Origin: a virus
Lineage: Duplodnaviria > Caudoviricetes
Direction: 5' to 3' (one strand)
Virus record (IMG/VR): IMGVR_UViG_3300033076_001100
Span: 1 to 60,726 of that record
DNA length: 60,726 nucleotides
The notes beneath the pieces are model-generated. The model saw only the letters and a list, made by a program, of their open reading frames with translations, was not told the DNA's origin and did no database searches. The position numbers and the translations under genes were made by a program. The first letter of the stretch is position 1. Every line of letters begins with the position of its first letter. Positions 25,011-34,659 of the stretch are shown here, piece by piece.

Positions 25011-25715
25011 ATGAAACCGGCTTCCAAAGCAATAACGTCTCCCCGCAAGCGCATCAACTGGAAAGAATGTGCAGGATTAAAATTTGGTCGGCTGACCTGC
25101 ACCGGTGAAACAATACGAATCCCCGGAAAACTAATGCTGAGAGCAAAGTGCCTCTGCTTGTGCGGCAAAGAGCTGATTACGGCAATCGGTAATCTGACAA
25201 GCGGCGACACCAAATCTTGCGGTTGCCAAAACCACGATAGCGTCGTTGCCCGAAACACCAAGCACGGTCACAACGTGCGCGGAAAAAGAACAAAACTTTA
25301 CCGAGCATACGTCCACATGGTGGAACGCTGTCACAGCCCGACTCGTGGAGAGAAAAACTATCAAGGCAGAGGAATCACCGTTTGCGACCGTTGGAGGTCC
25401 GGGGAAAACGGTACACAAGGTTTCGTTCTATTTTGCCAAGATATGGGTGAGCCCCCGTCAAAGAAACACACTATTGAGCGCATCAACAACGACGGCAACT
25501 ACGAACCGTCCAACTGCATCTGGGCTACACGTTTAGTCCAGAACAATAACAAACGCTCCAACCGGCGGATCAAGTTTAAAGGCGAGATAAAAACTCTTCA
25601 ACAGTGGTCAAACTTTTTTGGCGTGAAATCCGCTACCGCATCCAATCGGTTGAAACTCGGGTGGTCTTTTGAGAAAGCTTTTAAACCAATAGCCAAGAAA
25701 GTTGCACAAAAATGA
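25011..25715 (+). CDS. Free-standing HNH homing endonuclease
   Basis: KFGRLT, CLCG, SCGC, YQGRGITVCDRW, HTIERINNDGNYEPSNCIW; AT-rich. Confidence 0.9.
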   Translation: MKPASKAITSPRKRINWKECAGLKFGRLTCTGETIRIPGKLMLRAKCLCLCGKELITAIGNLTSGDTKSCGCQNHDSVVARNTKHGHNVRGKRTKLYRAYVHMVERCHSPTRGEKNYQGRGITVCDRWRSGENGTQGFVLFCQDMGEPPSKKHTIERINNDGNYEPSNCIWATRLVQNNNKRSNRRIKFKGEIKTLQQWSNFFGVKSATASNRLKLGWSFEKAFKPIAKKVAQK

Positions 25716-27124
25716 ACTTTGTACCCGAGCCTCCTCAGAAACTGTTGATTAACAAAATTTTGTCGCAGGATATTGTGTTCGCCATCGTGGGGATGGGGAT
25801 CGGCAAGACGGCTTCGGTCTTGTCTGCATTTTGCGAATTGCGTAGGCGAGGTGAGGTTGAGTCTATGTTGGTGGTCGCTCCTATGCGTGTCGCCAATTTG
25901 ACATGGGGGATGGAGGTAGATGCGTGGGATCAATTCAAGCATTTAAAAGTTGCCAACCTGCGATCACCGTTAGGCCGAAGGGCTTTTGTTGCGGGAACGG
26001 CAGACATATACGTCGTTAACTATGAGAGCATACCTCTACTCATCAAGCTGGTCGAGAAGCGACGCGGAGAAATACCCCACCAAATGGTCGTGTATGATGA
26101 GTCAACTAAAGCGAAGAATCCTGCAAGTAAGAGGATAAATCTTCTTCGTCGCAATGTGCCAGCACCAAAAAAGAGGGTCAACCTATCGGGGACTCCAACG
26201 CCTAATAGCCTTCTCGACCTGTTCGGCCAAGTCCGTCTCCTCGACGACGGTGAACGCCTTGGCCGCAGCTTCGAGCACTTCAAGCACACCTACTTCAACG
26301 CGGTTGACTACCACCAGTATGACTGGCAGCCGGTGGAGGGGGCGCAGGAAAGGATCGACGCCCGCATCTCGGACATCACCATCACGCTACGCACGTCGGA
26401 TTGGATCAAGGATCTGCCGGACTGCCATATCCGAGACGAGGAGATCAAGCTGCCGCCGGAAGTGATGGCCCAGTATGAGGACTTCAAGCGCGAGCTGATC
26501 CTGGAGCTGCGCAAGGAGGTGCAGATTACCGCCGCCAACGCCGCCACCCTGGTCATGAAACTACTCCAGTTCACGTCCGGCACGATCTACGACGCCGACC
26601 GGAAAGTGCATGAAGTGCATGATTACAAGATCAACGCCTTGGCCAAGATCGCCAAGGAGACCAAAGGCCCGTTGCTGGTTCTGTGCGCTTTCCAGCATGA
26701 ACAGGCCCGCATCCGCAAACGGTTTCCACAGGCGCGGTTTTTCGCGGATGCCAAGACCCCGGCCATGCAGATGCAGCTCATCACCCAATGGAACCGCCGC
26801 GAGATCCCGATGCTGGTTGGCCATCCGTTGTCCATGGGGCACGGACTCAACTTGCAGAAGGGTTCACAGACCATGGTGTGGATGTCGCTCACTTACAGCA
26901 GAGAGTCATACGAACAAACGATTGCCCGACTGCACCGCCGAGGGCAGAAGGAAGTGGTCATCGTCCATCGGCTCATGGTACCCGGCACCGTGGATGACGT
27001 GGTGGCCGAGGTGCTGGAGGAAAAGAAAAACACCGAGCAGCGCCTGCTGACCGCCCTTATGCTCCTCGAAGGCACCGACCGCCCGCTCAAGGAGTTCGCC
27101 CCCGAGGACAGCTTTTGGGATTGA
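25712..27124 (+). CDS. SNF2-family DEAD-like helicase
   Basis: MGIGKT, VYDES, SGTPTPN, GHGLNLQ, QTIARLHRRGQ. Confidence 0.92.
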   Translation: MNFVPEPPQKLLINKILSQDIVFAIVGMGIGKTASVLSAFCELRRRGEVESMLVVAPMRVANLTWGMEVDAWDQFKHLKVANLRSPLGRRAFVAGTADIYVVNYESIPLLIKLVEKRRGEIPHQMVVYDESTKAKNPASKRINLLRRNVPAPKKRVNLSGTPTPNSLLDLFGQVRLLDDGERLGRSFEHFKHTYFNAVDYHQYDWQPVEGAQERIDARISDITITLRTSDWIKDLPDCHIRDEEIKLPPEVMAQYEDFKRELILELRKEVQITAANAATLVMKLLQFTSGTIYDADRKVHEVHDYKINALAKIAKETKGPLLVLCAFQHEQARIRKRFPQARFFADAKTPAMQMQLITQWNRREIPMLVGHPLSMGHGLNLQKGSQTMVWMSLTYSRESYEQTIARLHRRGQKEVVIVHRLMVPGTVDDVVAEVLEEKKNTEQRLLTALMLLEGTDRPLKEFAPEDSFWD

Positions 27125-27148
27125 CGGCAGACGCAAACTCGTTAAAAT
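27121..27148 (+). promoter_or_regulatory. Promoter for the DUF3310-terL operon
   Basis: TTGACG-N16-TAAAAT. Confidence 0.55.
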
Positions 27149-27156
27149 TCAACCAC

Positions 27157-27600
27157 ATGACACCGCCCACACCGCCTGAAGGATACACGCTTGTTCTTGC
27201 TGAAAATCAAATATCCAACATATCATATGCTGACGGATATCTGGAATGGGTGTCCGAAGCCGCTACATGGAATCCCGCACAATGGTGGATCGGGTGTAAA
27301 TTCAAAGGGCTCAGAGGTTTCTTTGCCGTGCCCAACGACAAGATGAAGGGGCTGGTGCCGTATAAGGTGGAATCGGAGACTACGCAACTCGCCAAACCCC
27401 TCGACACCCAAGTCGGCGGCAGCCACTACAAAGACTTCGCCATCCAACCGGTGGACTTCATCACCCAGAACAACCTCGGATTCTGCGAAGGAAATGCCAT
27501 CAAATATCTCTGCCGCCACGGCAGCAAGAACGGCGCAGAGGATCTGGACAAGGCGATCCACTACATCCAGATTCTGAAGTCTCTCAGGTACGGCAAATGA
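27157..27600 (+). CDS. DUF3310 domain protein
   Basis: QVGGSHY, FCEGNAIKYLCR..KNGAEDLDKAIHY. Confidence 0.88.
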   Translation: MTPPTPPEGYTLVLAENQISNISYADGYLEWVSEAATWNPAQWWIGCKFKGLRGFFAVPNDKMKGLVPYKVESETTQLAKPLDTQVGGSHYKDFAIQPVDFITQNNLGFCEGNAIKYLCRHGSKNGAEDLDKAIHYIQILKSLRYGK

Positions 27601-29549
27601 CCCCCACACGTCAGCAGATGGAACGAACCCACGTCGCCCGTTATGGGCGGTGGTGGCCCAAACTGCGTGCCGCGCCTCCGGGGTCGGCTGGAATTGACCT
27701 GCTTCAGGAGGTAGCCATCGAGAAGTATATATGCGGCAACTATGACGAGATCGCCAAGATGCCCGGCTCCAAGCTGGAGTCGTGGAGCTATCACTTCCGC
27801 AAGTTCATCTCACTCATGCTCGACCGGCCTGAGTGCAACCGCAAGTTCGAGTGGAACCCGTACGCCGTGCGAATGCTTGAGGCTGCACGCGAAAACAACT
27901 TCCTCGCCGTGGCCGGTCACGCGAGCTGCTCCAAGTCGGAGTTCTTCGCCATCTACGCTATTGGGCGTTTCCTGATTGGTGCCCGGTTCCCCGACAAGCC
28001 GGAAGCTTCCCCGGACTTCGTGAAGATCTTCATCACCTCGACCTCGTTGGAAGAATCCCGTGGTCGTATCTGGGGTGTCGTCGAACTTTACTGGGGTGAG
28101 ATCTGCCGCTTCTTCGGCGGAGAGCAGTACATGTCGGCCAAGCTGGTGTCCTCCATGGGGAAGATCGTTCGCATCAACCCAACCACCGGAAAGCCGAACG
28201 AACTATCAGGAATCGCCCTCGTGGCCGGTGGCAAGGGTCAGGACAAGGACGCCTCCACCAAGATCGGTTTCAAGAACCGCTGCGTGATATTCATCGCGGA
28301 CGAGCTGCCGCTGCTTACCCACGCTCTCTACAACACTGCCATCACCAACCTGCAATCCAACGAGTACTTGCAGTTCATCGGCATCGGCAACCCCACCTCC
28401 CCGTTCGATCCGCTCGGCGTGTTCATGGAGCCGGAGAACGGCTGGAACAGTGTCGATGAGAACATGAACGGGTGGCGTACTCAGCGCGGCTACTGCATCC
28501 GTTTTGACGGGGAGAAGTCTCCTAACGTGCTTGCCGGTCGGGAGGTATGGCGTGGCGTGCTTTCGCTCAAGACCGTCAACGAGCTGCGCGAAGCCCTCGG
28601 CCCGAAGTCGCCGGAGTATTACCGCATGGTCCGTGGCTTCCTGTCCCCGGACGGCGACACCAACGCCATCTATACGGACGTGGAAATCGTCAACAGCGGC
28701 AGCCAGCACAAGGTATCGACGTGGCTGACGCCGCCCGTGACCATAGCGTTCCTTGACCCCGCGTTCAGCCAGGGCGGGGACGAAGCGCCAGCCTGTTTCT
28801 GCCGGGTCGGGGAATACTACTCCGCCATCCACCAGCGTCAGGTGAAAGGCATTGAGCGGGTGGAGACGATCAACCTGATGGCACTCGTCGATGCCAGCAA
28901 CAAGGACGTGGACCGCAACCAGCAGCTCGTTAACCTGTTCCACGACGAGTGCCTCAAACGCGGGGTGATCGTTGAGGACCGGGGCGTCGATGCCACGGGT
29001 GCCGGTGATCCGTTCTCAACCATCATGGCGACCACCATGGGGCGAGGTTTCCAGATGATCAGCTTTGCTGGCGCGTCCTCCGACAAGCTGGTGGGGTCAA
29101 CCAATCTGCGATCCGGCAAAGAGCGGTTCGCCAACCGTGTGACCGAGCTCTGGTACGTCGGCAAAGACCTGATGAAAGCCGGGCAGATTCGCGGCCTCGA
29201 CCCGGATACCTGCATTCAGATGTGCGCCCGCATGTACAAGATGGACAAGGTCAACAAGGACCGTGTCGAAGTCGAGTCCAAGCGGGTGATGAAAACCCGC
29301 ACCAACGGGAAAAGCCCCGACCGCGCTGACGCCTTCTTCGGCTGCATCGAGATTGCCCGCAGGCGTCATGGTCTTACCTCCATGGCCCGAGCCGCCAAGC
29401 GCACGGTGATCCCCGGACCCGCCGTGGACGAGCGATACGCCGCCCTCGAAGCCGCGCTCTCCACCCGACAGGGGAAAGGCCGCTACTCCGATCTGGCAGG
29501 CCCAACCATGTCCAGCGCGTCGGGTTGGATGGATGCGAATTTACATTGA
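27597..29549 (+). CDS. terL: Terminase large subunit
   Basis: Deviant Walker A GHASCSKS, Walker B IFIADE, GNP, nuclease LDPAF..GGD and SPDRADA. Confidence 0.85.
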   Translation: MTPTRQQMERTHVARYGRWWPKLRAAPPGSAGIDLLQEVAIEKYICGNYDEIAKMPGSKLESWSYHFRKFISLMLDRPECNRKFEWNPYAVRMLEAARENNFLAVAGHASCSKSEFFAIYAIGRFLIGARFPDKPEASPDFVKIFITSTSLEESRGRIWGVVELYWGEICRFFGGEQYMSAKLVSSMGKIVRINPTTGKPNELSGIALVAGGKGQDKDASTKIGFKNRCVIFIADELPLLTHALYNTAITNLQSNEYLQFIGIGNPTSPFDPLGVFMEPENGWNSVDENMNGWRTQRGYCIRFDGEKSPNVLAGREVWRGVLSLKTVNELREALGPKSPEYYRMVRGFLSPDGDTNAIYTDVEIVNSGSQHKVSTWLTPPVTIAFLDPAFSQGGDEAPACFCRVGEYYSAIHQRQVKGIERVETINLMALVDASNKDVDRNQQLVNLFHDECLKRGVIVEDRGVDATGAGDPFSTIMATTMGRGFQMISFAGASSDKLVGSTNLRSGKERFANRVTELWYVGKDLMKAGQIRGLDPDTCIQMCARMYKMDKVNKDRVEVESKRVMKTRTNGKSPDRADAFFGCIEIARRRHGLTSMARAAKRTVIPGPAVDERYAALEAALSTRQGKGRYSDLAGPTMSSASGWMDANLH

Positions 29550-29585
29550 CTTTCAGCCTATACTGTGGGAGACACCTGAACACGC

Positions 29586-29837
29586 ATGGATTCTACCGAA
29601 CAAGAAAGCTTGAAAATAGTCGGTGAGCACATCAGCTCCCTCATGGAGCATTTCGAGTCTGTTCAAGTTTTGTGTTCTAGGCACAATCCCAGCATCGGAA
29701 CAGAAAATGTTTACCTAGGGGCAGGCAATTGGTTTGCTCGTCAGGGTATGGCTCACGATTTCATCAATCAGGACAAATCCAGAACTGAAGCTTCCGAGAT
29801 AGCAAAAGCCATGCCGAACAAAAACGATGAAAACTAA
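29586..29837 (+). CDS. Hypothetical protein
   Basis: EHFESVQV..GAGNWFARQG. Confidence 0.65.
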   Translation: MDSTEQESLKIVGEHISSLMEHFESVQVLCSRHNPSIGTENVYLGAGNWFARQGMAHDFINQDKSRTEASEIAKAMPNKNDEN

Positions 29838-29843
29838 ACGCTC

Positions 29844-30440
29844 ATGAACGAAATGTCCAAATCCCACGCCGCCCGGAAACGCGCAGGCGATTACGAATGG
29901 CTCAAGGGCGATGTGCTGGACATCGGCTGCGGCCCTGACCCCATCAAGCTGCCGCCGCCTTCCACCGTTCGCGGCTGGGACTTGGCCGACGGGGATGCCA
30001 CCTACCTCGCCACGCTTGAGGACAAGTCCTTCGACACCGTGGTCAGCGCCCACTGTCTGGAGCATCTAGTCAGCCCGGAAGCCGCCGTCCAGAACTGGGC
30101 GCGGGTGCTGCGCGACGGCGGGTTCTGCTACATCCTGGTGCCGCTCTACTCGGCCTATGAGAAGTTCAACGACTTCACGTACGGCACGCCAACACCGAGC
30201 CGCTACAACGCCGACCACAAGACTTCGTGGGATCTGATCAACCTTGAACGCCGTCCGCAGAACCATCCGCACTACGGATACAAGGAGATCGTGCGCCTCG
30301 GCAAGCAGGCAGGGCTGACACTGGTGGACCTGCGCATTGAGACTGACGGGTTCCAGTGGGAGCGGCTCAACGACATCCGGTTCGACCAAACCATGCATGG
30401 CGCTCTGGCCCAGTTGTGCATCATCTATCAGAAGCTATGA
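29844..30440 (+). CDS. Class I SAM-dependent methyltransferase (non-DNA type)
   Basis: VLDIGCG, FDTVVSAHCLEH, RVLRDGG. Confidence 0.9.
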   Translation: MNEMSKSHAARKRAGDYEWLKGDVLDIGCGPDPIKLPPPSTVRGWDLADGDATYLATLEDKSFDTVVSAHCLEHLVSPEAAVQNWARVLRDGGFCYILVPLYSAYEKFNDFTYGTPTPSRYNADHKTSWDLINLERRPQNHPHYGYKEIVRLGKQAGLTLVDLRIETDGFQWERLNDIRFDQTMHGALAQLCIIYQKL

Positions 30441-30619
30441 GGTCACTGTGGATACGTTTTCTGGCTTTCATGCGGTGGAGCAACAGCGCCGTATGCGAGA
30501 TGTCGTGCAAAGGAGACGACAAAGACTACCACGACTACCCAGATGCAGAAGACGGATCACCTCCTATGAGCTGGTACAAATATAGGTGCAAACGCTGCGG
30601 AAAAGAGTTCAACATATGA
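30437..30619 (+). CDS. Small Cys-containing protein
   Basis: ATGA overlaps; DYHDYPD..CKRCGKEF. Confidence 0.55.
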   Translation: MRSLWIRFLAFMRWSNSAVCEMSCKGDDKDYHDYPDAEDGSPPMSWYKYRCKRCGKEFNI

Positions 30620-30981
30620 GCACACACAAAGGATGGATCGGTTTTGATTTGGACGGGACTTTGGCCCATTACGACGAGTGGCGAGGAATCAGCCACATCG
30701 GCAGCCCTATCCCAGCTATGGTGGCGGTTTTGCAAAACCATCTGGACGACGGGGATAAGTGCAAAATATTCACCGCTCGGTGTTTCCGTATGCTGTATCC
30801 TCAAGGCACCGAAGAACGCATGGAGGGCGAACGCGTGGTCGATTACATTCAAGATTGGCTGGAATCCCACGGTCTCCCTCGTTTGGAGGTTACGTGCGTA
30901 AAAGATTTTGGCATGATCCGTTTGTACGACGACAGAGTAGTACAAGTCGAACAGAACACCGGTCGCCTCATCGCAGACTAA
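30616..30981 (+). CDS. HAD-superfamily phosphatase-like protein
   Basis: GFDLDGTLA, IFTAR, KDF..LYDDR. Confidence 0.8.
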   Translation: MSTHKGWIGFDLDGTLAHYDEWRGISHIGSPIPAMVAVLQNHLDDGDKCKIFTARCFRMLYPQGTEERMEGERVVDYIQDWLESHGLPRLEVTCVKDFGMIRLYDDRVVQVEQNTGRLIAD

Positions 30982-30987
30982 ACTCCT

Positions 30988-32574
30988 ATGACCCTCCCCG
31001 TCGTCATCTACGAAGCCCCGCACGAGCGCATCGCTGTCGAGCGCATGGTCCGTTTCTGCCGGGCCTTGGATGGCACGGAGGTTCAGGTGTTCAAAGCGCC
31101 TGAACCCGAACACATGAACTACCCGGAGGTAGCCAATTGGTCGTTCCGCTACGTCACCGAAAAGATGAAAGGTCAGCCCTTCATCTGGCTGGAAGCCGAC
31201 TCCATTCCGCTCAAGGCAGGCTGGGCCAAGGCGCTCTCCGAAGAGTACGAGCGAGTGGGCAAAGAGTACCTCTACCCGGCGCAGATGAACCCGCCGTTCG
31301 ATTGCTACACCGGCATCGGCGTGCAAAGCCCGAACGCCTACGAGCACGCCCCTGTGGGGTTCAAAGACGGTGGCTTTGACGAATGGATCGTCCGTCACTA
31401 TCCCGATCTCATTGGCCGCACAGACCTGATCCGTCACAGCTACGGCAGCTACGACGCCAACGGAGATGCCACCACCCACGAGTTTCCCCGCGACATGGCA
31501 ATCATCGGCGACAAGGCAGTGATATTCCACAAGGACCAGAAGCAAACCCTGATGCCGCTGATCCTGCCCGGCAAAGGTTTTGAGGATGAGGTTCTCAACG
31601 TTTCCTCCAACGGCGACCTCGGCGACATCGTGGTGCTGCTGGCCACGCTCAAGTCCACCGGCAAGAAGTGTGACCTGTACCTGCGCAATACTTTCGGGTC
31701 AGCGGGCATCCTCCACCGGGTGCATCTGATCAAACCCTTGGTCGAGGCTCAGCCCTACATCAACGCCGTGAAGGTGTGGCGTCGGGAGCCATTGCACTGG
31801 GAGTCGGAGAAGTTCAGAACCTACGGCTTCGTCAACAATCGTCTGAACCTGGCGCAAAACCACGCGCAAGCTGCCATCAAGGACGGGTTCATCAAGATGC
31901 TGCCGGATGTCGCCAACCCGTGGCTCACCGCCAAGCCGGACACCCGCTACAAGGGTCGGGTCATCATCAACCGCAGTTTCCGCTACAACAACGAGTCCTT
32001 CCCGTGGGGCGAGATCGTGCGCCACCTCGGCACCCAGCTCCTGTTCATCGGGCTTCCCGAGGAGCACGCCAAGTTCGAGACTGCGTTTGGCCGGGTGGAA
32101 TATTACTGGCCCAAGGATCTGCTGGAAGTCGCTCAGATCATCGCCGGGTCTGACCTGTTCATCGGCAATCAAAGCTCCTGCATGACCATTGCGGAGGGAC
32201 TGAAACATCCGCGAATCCAGGAGGTATGCCTGTGGCAGCCTGACTGCATCTATCCCGGCAAGACGGGAGCGCAGTATGTGGCCGACGGCGTGCTCACGCT
32301 CCCCGATGGCACCGTGCTCAAAGGCAGGCACAAAACCGTGGAGAAGAGGACCAACACCGTGCCGCCTCGGGGCTGGCAGTATCCGGGTTGCACGACACAG
32401 AGCGTGTTCGAGCTGCTCGTCAAGGAAGTGGCTGTCAAGGAGAAGCTGTCTTACGAGGACGCCGAGAATCGCGTGTATGAGGCCAACGAAGCCCGGTGCC
32501 CGCAATTCTTCACTGACCCTTCGCTGAAAGCACAGATGCTCAAGTTTGAACAGGCCACGGAGAACAACCGATGA
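30988..32574 (+). CDS. Two-domain glycosyltransferase-like protein (GT-A-like plus GT9/GT-B-like)
   Basis: FIWLEADS and IFHKD; GDLGDIV and DLFIGNQSS..IAEGL. Confidence 0.7.
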   Translation: MTLPVVIYEAPHERIAVERMVRFCRALDGTEVQVFKAPEPEHMNYPEVANWSFRYVTEKMKGQPFIWLEADSIPLKAGWAKALSEEYERVGKEYLYPAQMNPPFDCYTGIGVQSPNAYEHAPVGFKDGGFDEWIVRHYPDLIGRTDLIRHSYGSYDANGDATTHEFPRDMAIIGDKAVIFHKDQKQTLMPLILPGKGFEDEVLNVSSNGDLGDIVVLLATLKSTGKKCDLYLRNTFGSAGILHRVHLIKPLVEAQPYINAVKVWRREPLHWESEKFRTYGFVNNRLNLAQNHAQAAIKDGFIKMLPDVANPWLTAKPDTRYKGRVIINRSFRYNNESFPWGEIVRHLGTQLLFIGLPEEHAKFETAFGRVEYYWPKDLLEVAQIIAGSDLFIGNQSSCMTIAEGLKHPRIQEVCLWQPDCIYPGKTGAQYVADGVLTLPDGTVLKGRHKTVEKRTNTVPPRGWQYPGCTTQSVFELLVKEVAVKEKLSYEDAENRVYEANEARCPQFFTDPSLKAQMLKFEQATENNR

Positions 32575-32909
32575 ACAAAGACGATTGGAACAAACGCATG
32601 ATTGAGGCAGCCAAGCAGATGCGGTTCGGCATCGAAAAGCTGGCTGACGCAGACCCGTCGAAAACGCATCACGGAGTCTCCTGCGTTCCTTTCATATACT
32701 GTTTCGAGGATCGAGGAGGCATGCAAGAAAACGACCTGCCTTTTATAAAGGAAACTCTGGCCGGTCTTGAAAACCGAGAGATTGACGGGAGAAAAATTCA
32801 GGCTCTTGATGTGATCTGGAAAAACGAACCGCCCAAGCACGGTGAAGAACTGTACACCTGTGGGAAATTTTACACCATTGCCTACTCTTTCGACACAGAA
32901 CCAACATGA
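32571..32909 (+). CDS. Hypothetical protein
   Basis: 112 aa, ATGA overlaps. Confidence 0.55.
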   Translation: MNKDDWNKRMIEAAKQMRFGIEKLADADPSKTHHGVSCVPFIYCFEDRGGMQENDLPFIKETLAGLENREIDGRKIQALDVIWKNEPPKHGEELYTCGKFYTIAYSFDTEPT

Positions 32910-33991
32910 AAATCGCCATCCCCGTATCCGTTCACGACAAGCACCTGCTCAACGAACACGCCGAATGCCTGCTCAAGATGGGCGGCCTTGACGAGCATCA
33001 GGCCATCTACTTCCCCACTCTGGGTGCCAAAGACGACACCTACGAAACAGCGGCCAAGTTCCCTAACGCCACGGTGCACCCGTTCGACATGAACTTCCCC
33101 AACGGCGCGCCTGCGGCATGCAGCAACCACTTCGCCTCGGTGATCTATGCCCTTGCCACCATGGGAAACACCGATCCGTTCCTCTGGATGGAGCTGGACA
33201 TGCTGCCCACGGCACCTCGCTGGGCCGATCAGCTCATGCGCGAGTACCGGCAGAAGGGCCGTGCCTTCCTCGGCAACGTGGTGCAGACGCCTTTCGCCGA
33301 AAACGGCAATCTGGTGTACAAGGTGGGCGACTTCATGATGATGGGTTGCGGTATATACCCTCCCGGCATGGACCGCGATGAACGCATCAAGCCTCTGATT
33401 CAGGATCTGGCCAAGACCGGCCCCCGTAACCCGAACGTCCCGTTCGACATCTATCTCCGCTGGGCGATCAAGAATATCGGCGTTGCCGACACCGAACTGA
33501 TCGCTGACATGTGGAGCACGCAGGATTACCGGATGACGCCTGACGGCATCGTCTGCGATTCGACCGACCATGGGGACCGGGTGGTGCGCAAACGCGGGGG
33601 CTTGGTCAGTCCGAACGCGCTGCTCGTCCACGGGTGCAAAGACGGTTCCCTTGCCAAGCTGATTCTCAAAGGTGACAAAGCTCCCAAGGTTCAGGAGTAT
33701 GCACCGAAGCCCGAGGCCGCGCCATCCTATAATGAGCCGGATGAGCGTACCCCGGTCGCCAAGCCGACGGTCCCCCCGAAGCCCGAGGAAAAGCCTGCCG
33801 CCGAAGGCACGTCCGAGATCACCCGCGACGCCATCGAGAAGGCCATGAAGGGCGAGAAGGTGCGCCTGCTGGAGTTGTCCAAGCGTATGAACGTCAAACC
33901 TGAGATCCTTGCTGGCACGTTCCCCCGCACCGGCTATTCCGTCCAGAGCGGCGGCTGGGTGATGAGCACCATCCCGATTACCAAGGATTAA
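32906..33991 (+). CDS. Glycosyltransferase-like protein with charged tail
   Basis: PFLWMELD..P..WADQL.EY and VHGCKD, similar to the N-domain of 30988..32574. Confidence 0.6.
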   Translation: MKIAIPVSVHDKHLLNEHAECLLKMGGLDEHQAIYFPTLGAKDDTYETAAKFPNATVHPFDMNFPNGAPAACSNHFASVIYALATMGNTDPFLWMELDMLPTAPRWADQLMREYRQKGRAFLGNVVQTPFAENGNLVYKVGDFMMMGCGIYPPGMDRDERIKPLIQDLAKTGPRNPNVPFDIYLRWAIKNIGVADTELIADMWSTQDYRMTPDGIVCDSTDHGDRVVRKRGGLVSPNALLVHGCKDGSLAKLILKGDKAPKVQEYAPKPEAAPSYNEPDERTPVAKPTVPPKPEEKPAAEGTSEITRDAIEKAMKGEKVRLLELSKRMNVKPEILAGTFPRTGYSVQSGGWVMSTIPITKD

Positions 33992-34215
33992 TTTTATGAA
34001 CATTGAGAAATGGGTGGAAAAGTATGCCAAAGAGCACCTCATTGGCAATCGCCGCACTGGAAAGTGCAGGGGGTGCGTTTTCGCCCGCCCTGCGGAAGAG
34101 TCCTATTTTCAAACTGGACGATGGTGCTCGGTCGGTTTGAAAAATACTCACGATAAATGCAGGGCTTGGTTTCATTCGGAAGTACGCCAAAGCACCATCC
34201 CGATTACCAAGGATT
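33965..34215. repeat. 25-bp perfect direct repeat pair (33965-33989; 34191-34215)
   Basis: AGCACCATCCCGATTACCAAGGATT twice. Confidence 0.95.
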
Positions 34216-34217
34216 GA
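33996..34217 (+). CDS. Moron-like Cys-containing hypothetical protein
   Basis: AT-rich; ends STIPITKD like the upstream gene. Confidence 0.6.
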   Translation: MNIEKWVEKYAKEHLIGNRRTGKCRGCVFARPAEESYFQTGRWCSVGLKNTHDKCRAWFHSEVRQSTIPITKD

Positions 34218-34242
34218 CGTACCAGGGAGTTGCTGGTAGTCT
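34214..34242 (+). promoter_or_regulatory. Promoter for Dps-like gene
   Basis: TTGACG-N17-TAGTCT. Confidence 0.6.
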
Positions 34243-34251
34243 TTTCAGATT

Positions 34252-34659
34252 ATGGAATACATCGCCCGCTATTTCCTGAGCATGAAGCTGCTGGCCCACC
34301 GCGCACACCATGACGTGGTCGGGCCAAACTTCTTTTCCGATCACAAGGAGTTCGGCAAACTCTACGAAGCCTACGACAGCGCCTACGACTCCACCGTCGA
34401 ACGCATCAAAGGTCTCGGCAGCAACCCGGATCTGGCCGCCCTCGCGGTGGACGCCGCCCGAGAAGCCGCCAAATACTGTCCCAAAACGGTTGAACCGCGC
34501 CCTCTGTGGAAGTGCATCCTGAACTGCGAGAAAGAGCTTCGCAAGCTCTGTGAAAGCAGCATGAGCAAAGCCACCGAAGGCACCAAGAATCTTCTGGCCC
34601 AGTTCTGCGACGATTCCGAACAACGCTGCTTCTTGATTCAGGGCAGGCTCGGAGTCTGA
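34252..34659 (+). CDS. dps: Dps/ferritin-like protein
   Basis: AHRAHHDVVGPNFFSDH..FGKLYE..D..VERI..LG. Confidence 0.8.
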   Translation: MEYIARYFLSMKLLAHRAHHDVVGPNFFSDHKEFGKLYEAYDSAYDSTVERIKGLGSNPDLAALAVDAAREAAKYCPKTVEPRPLWKCILNCEKELRKLCESSMSKATEGTKNLLAQFCDDSEQRCFLIQGRLGV

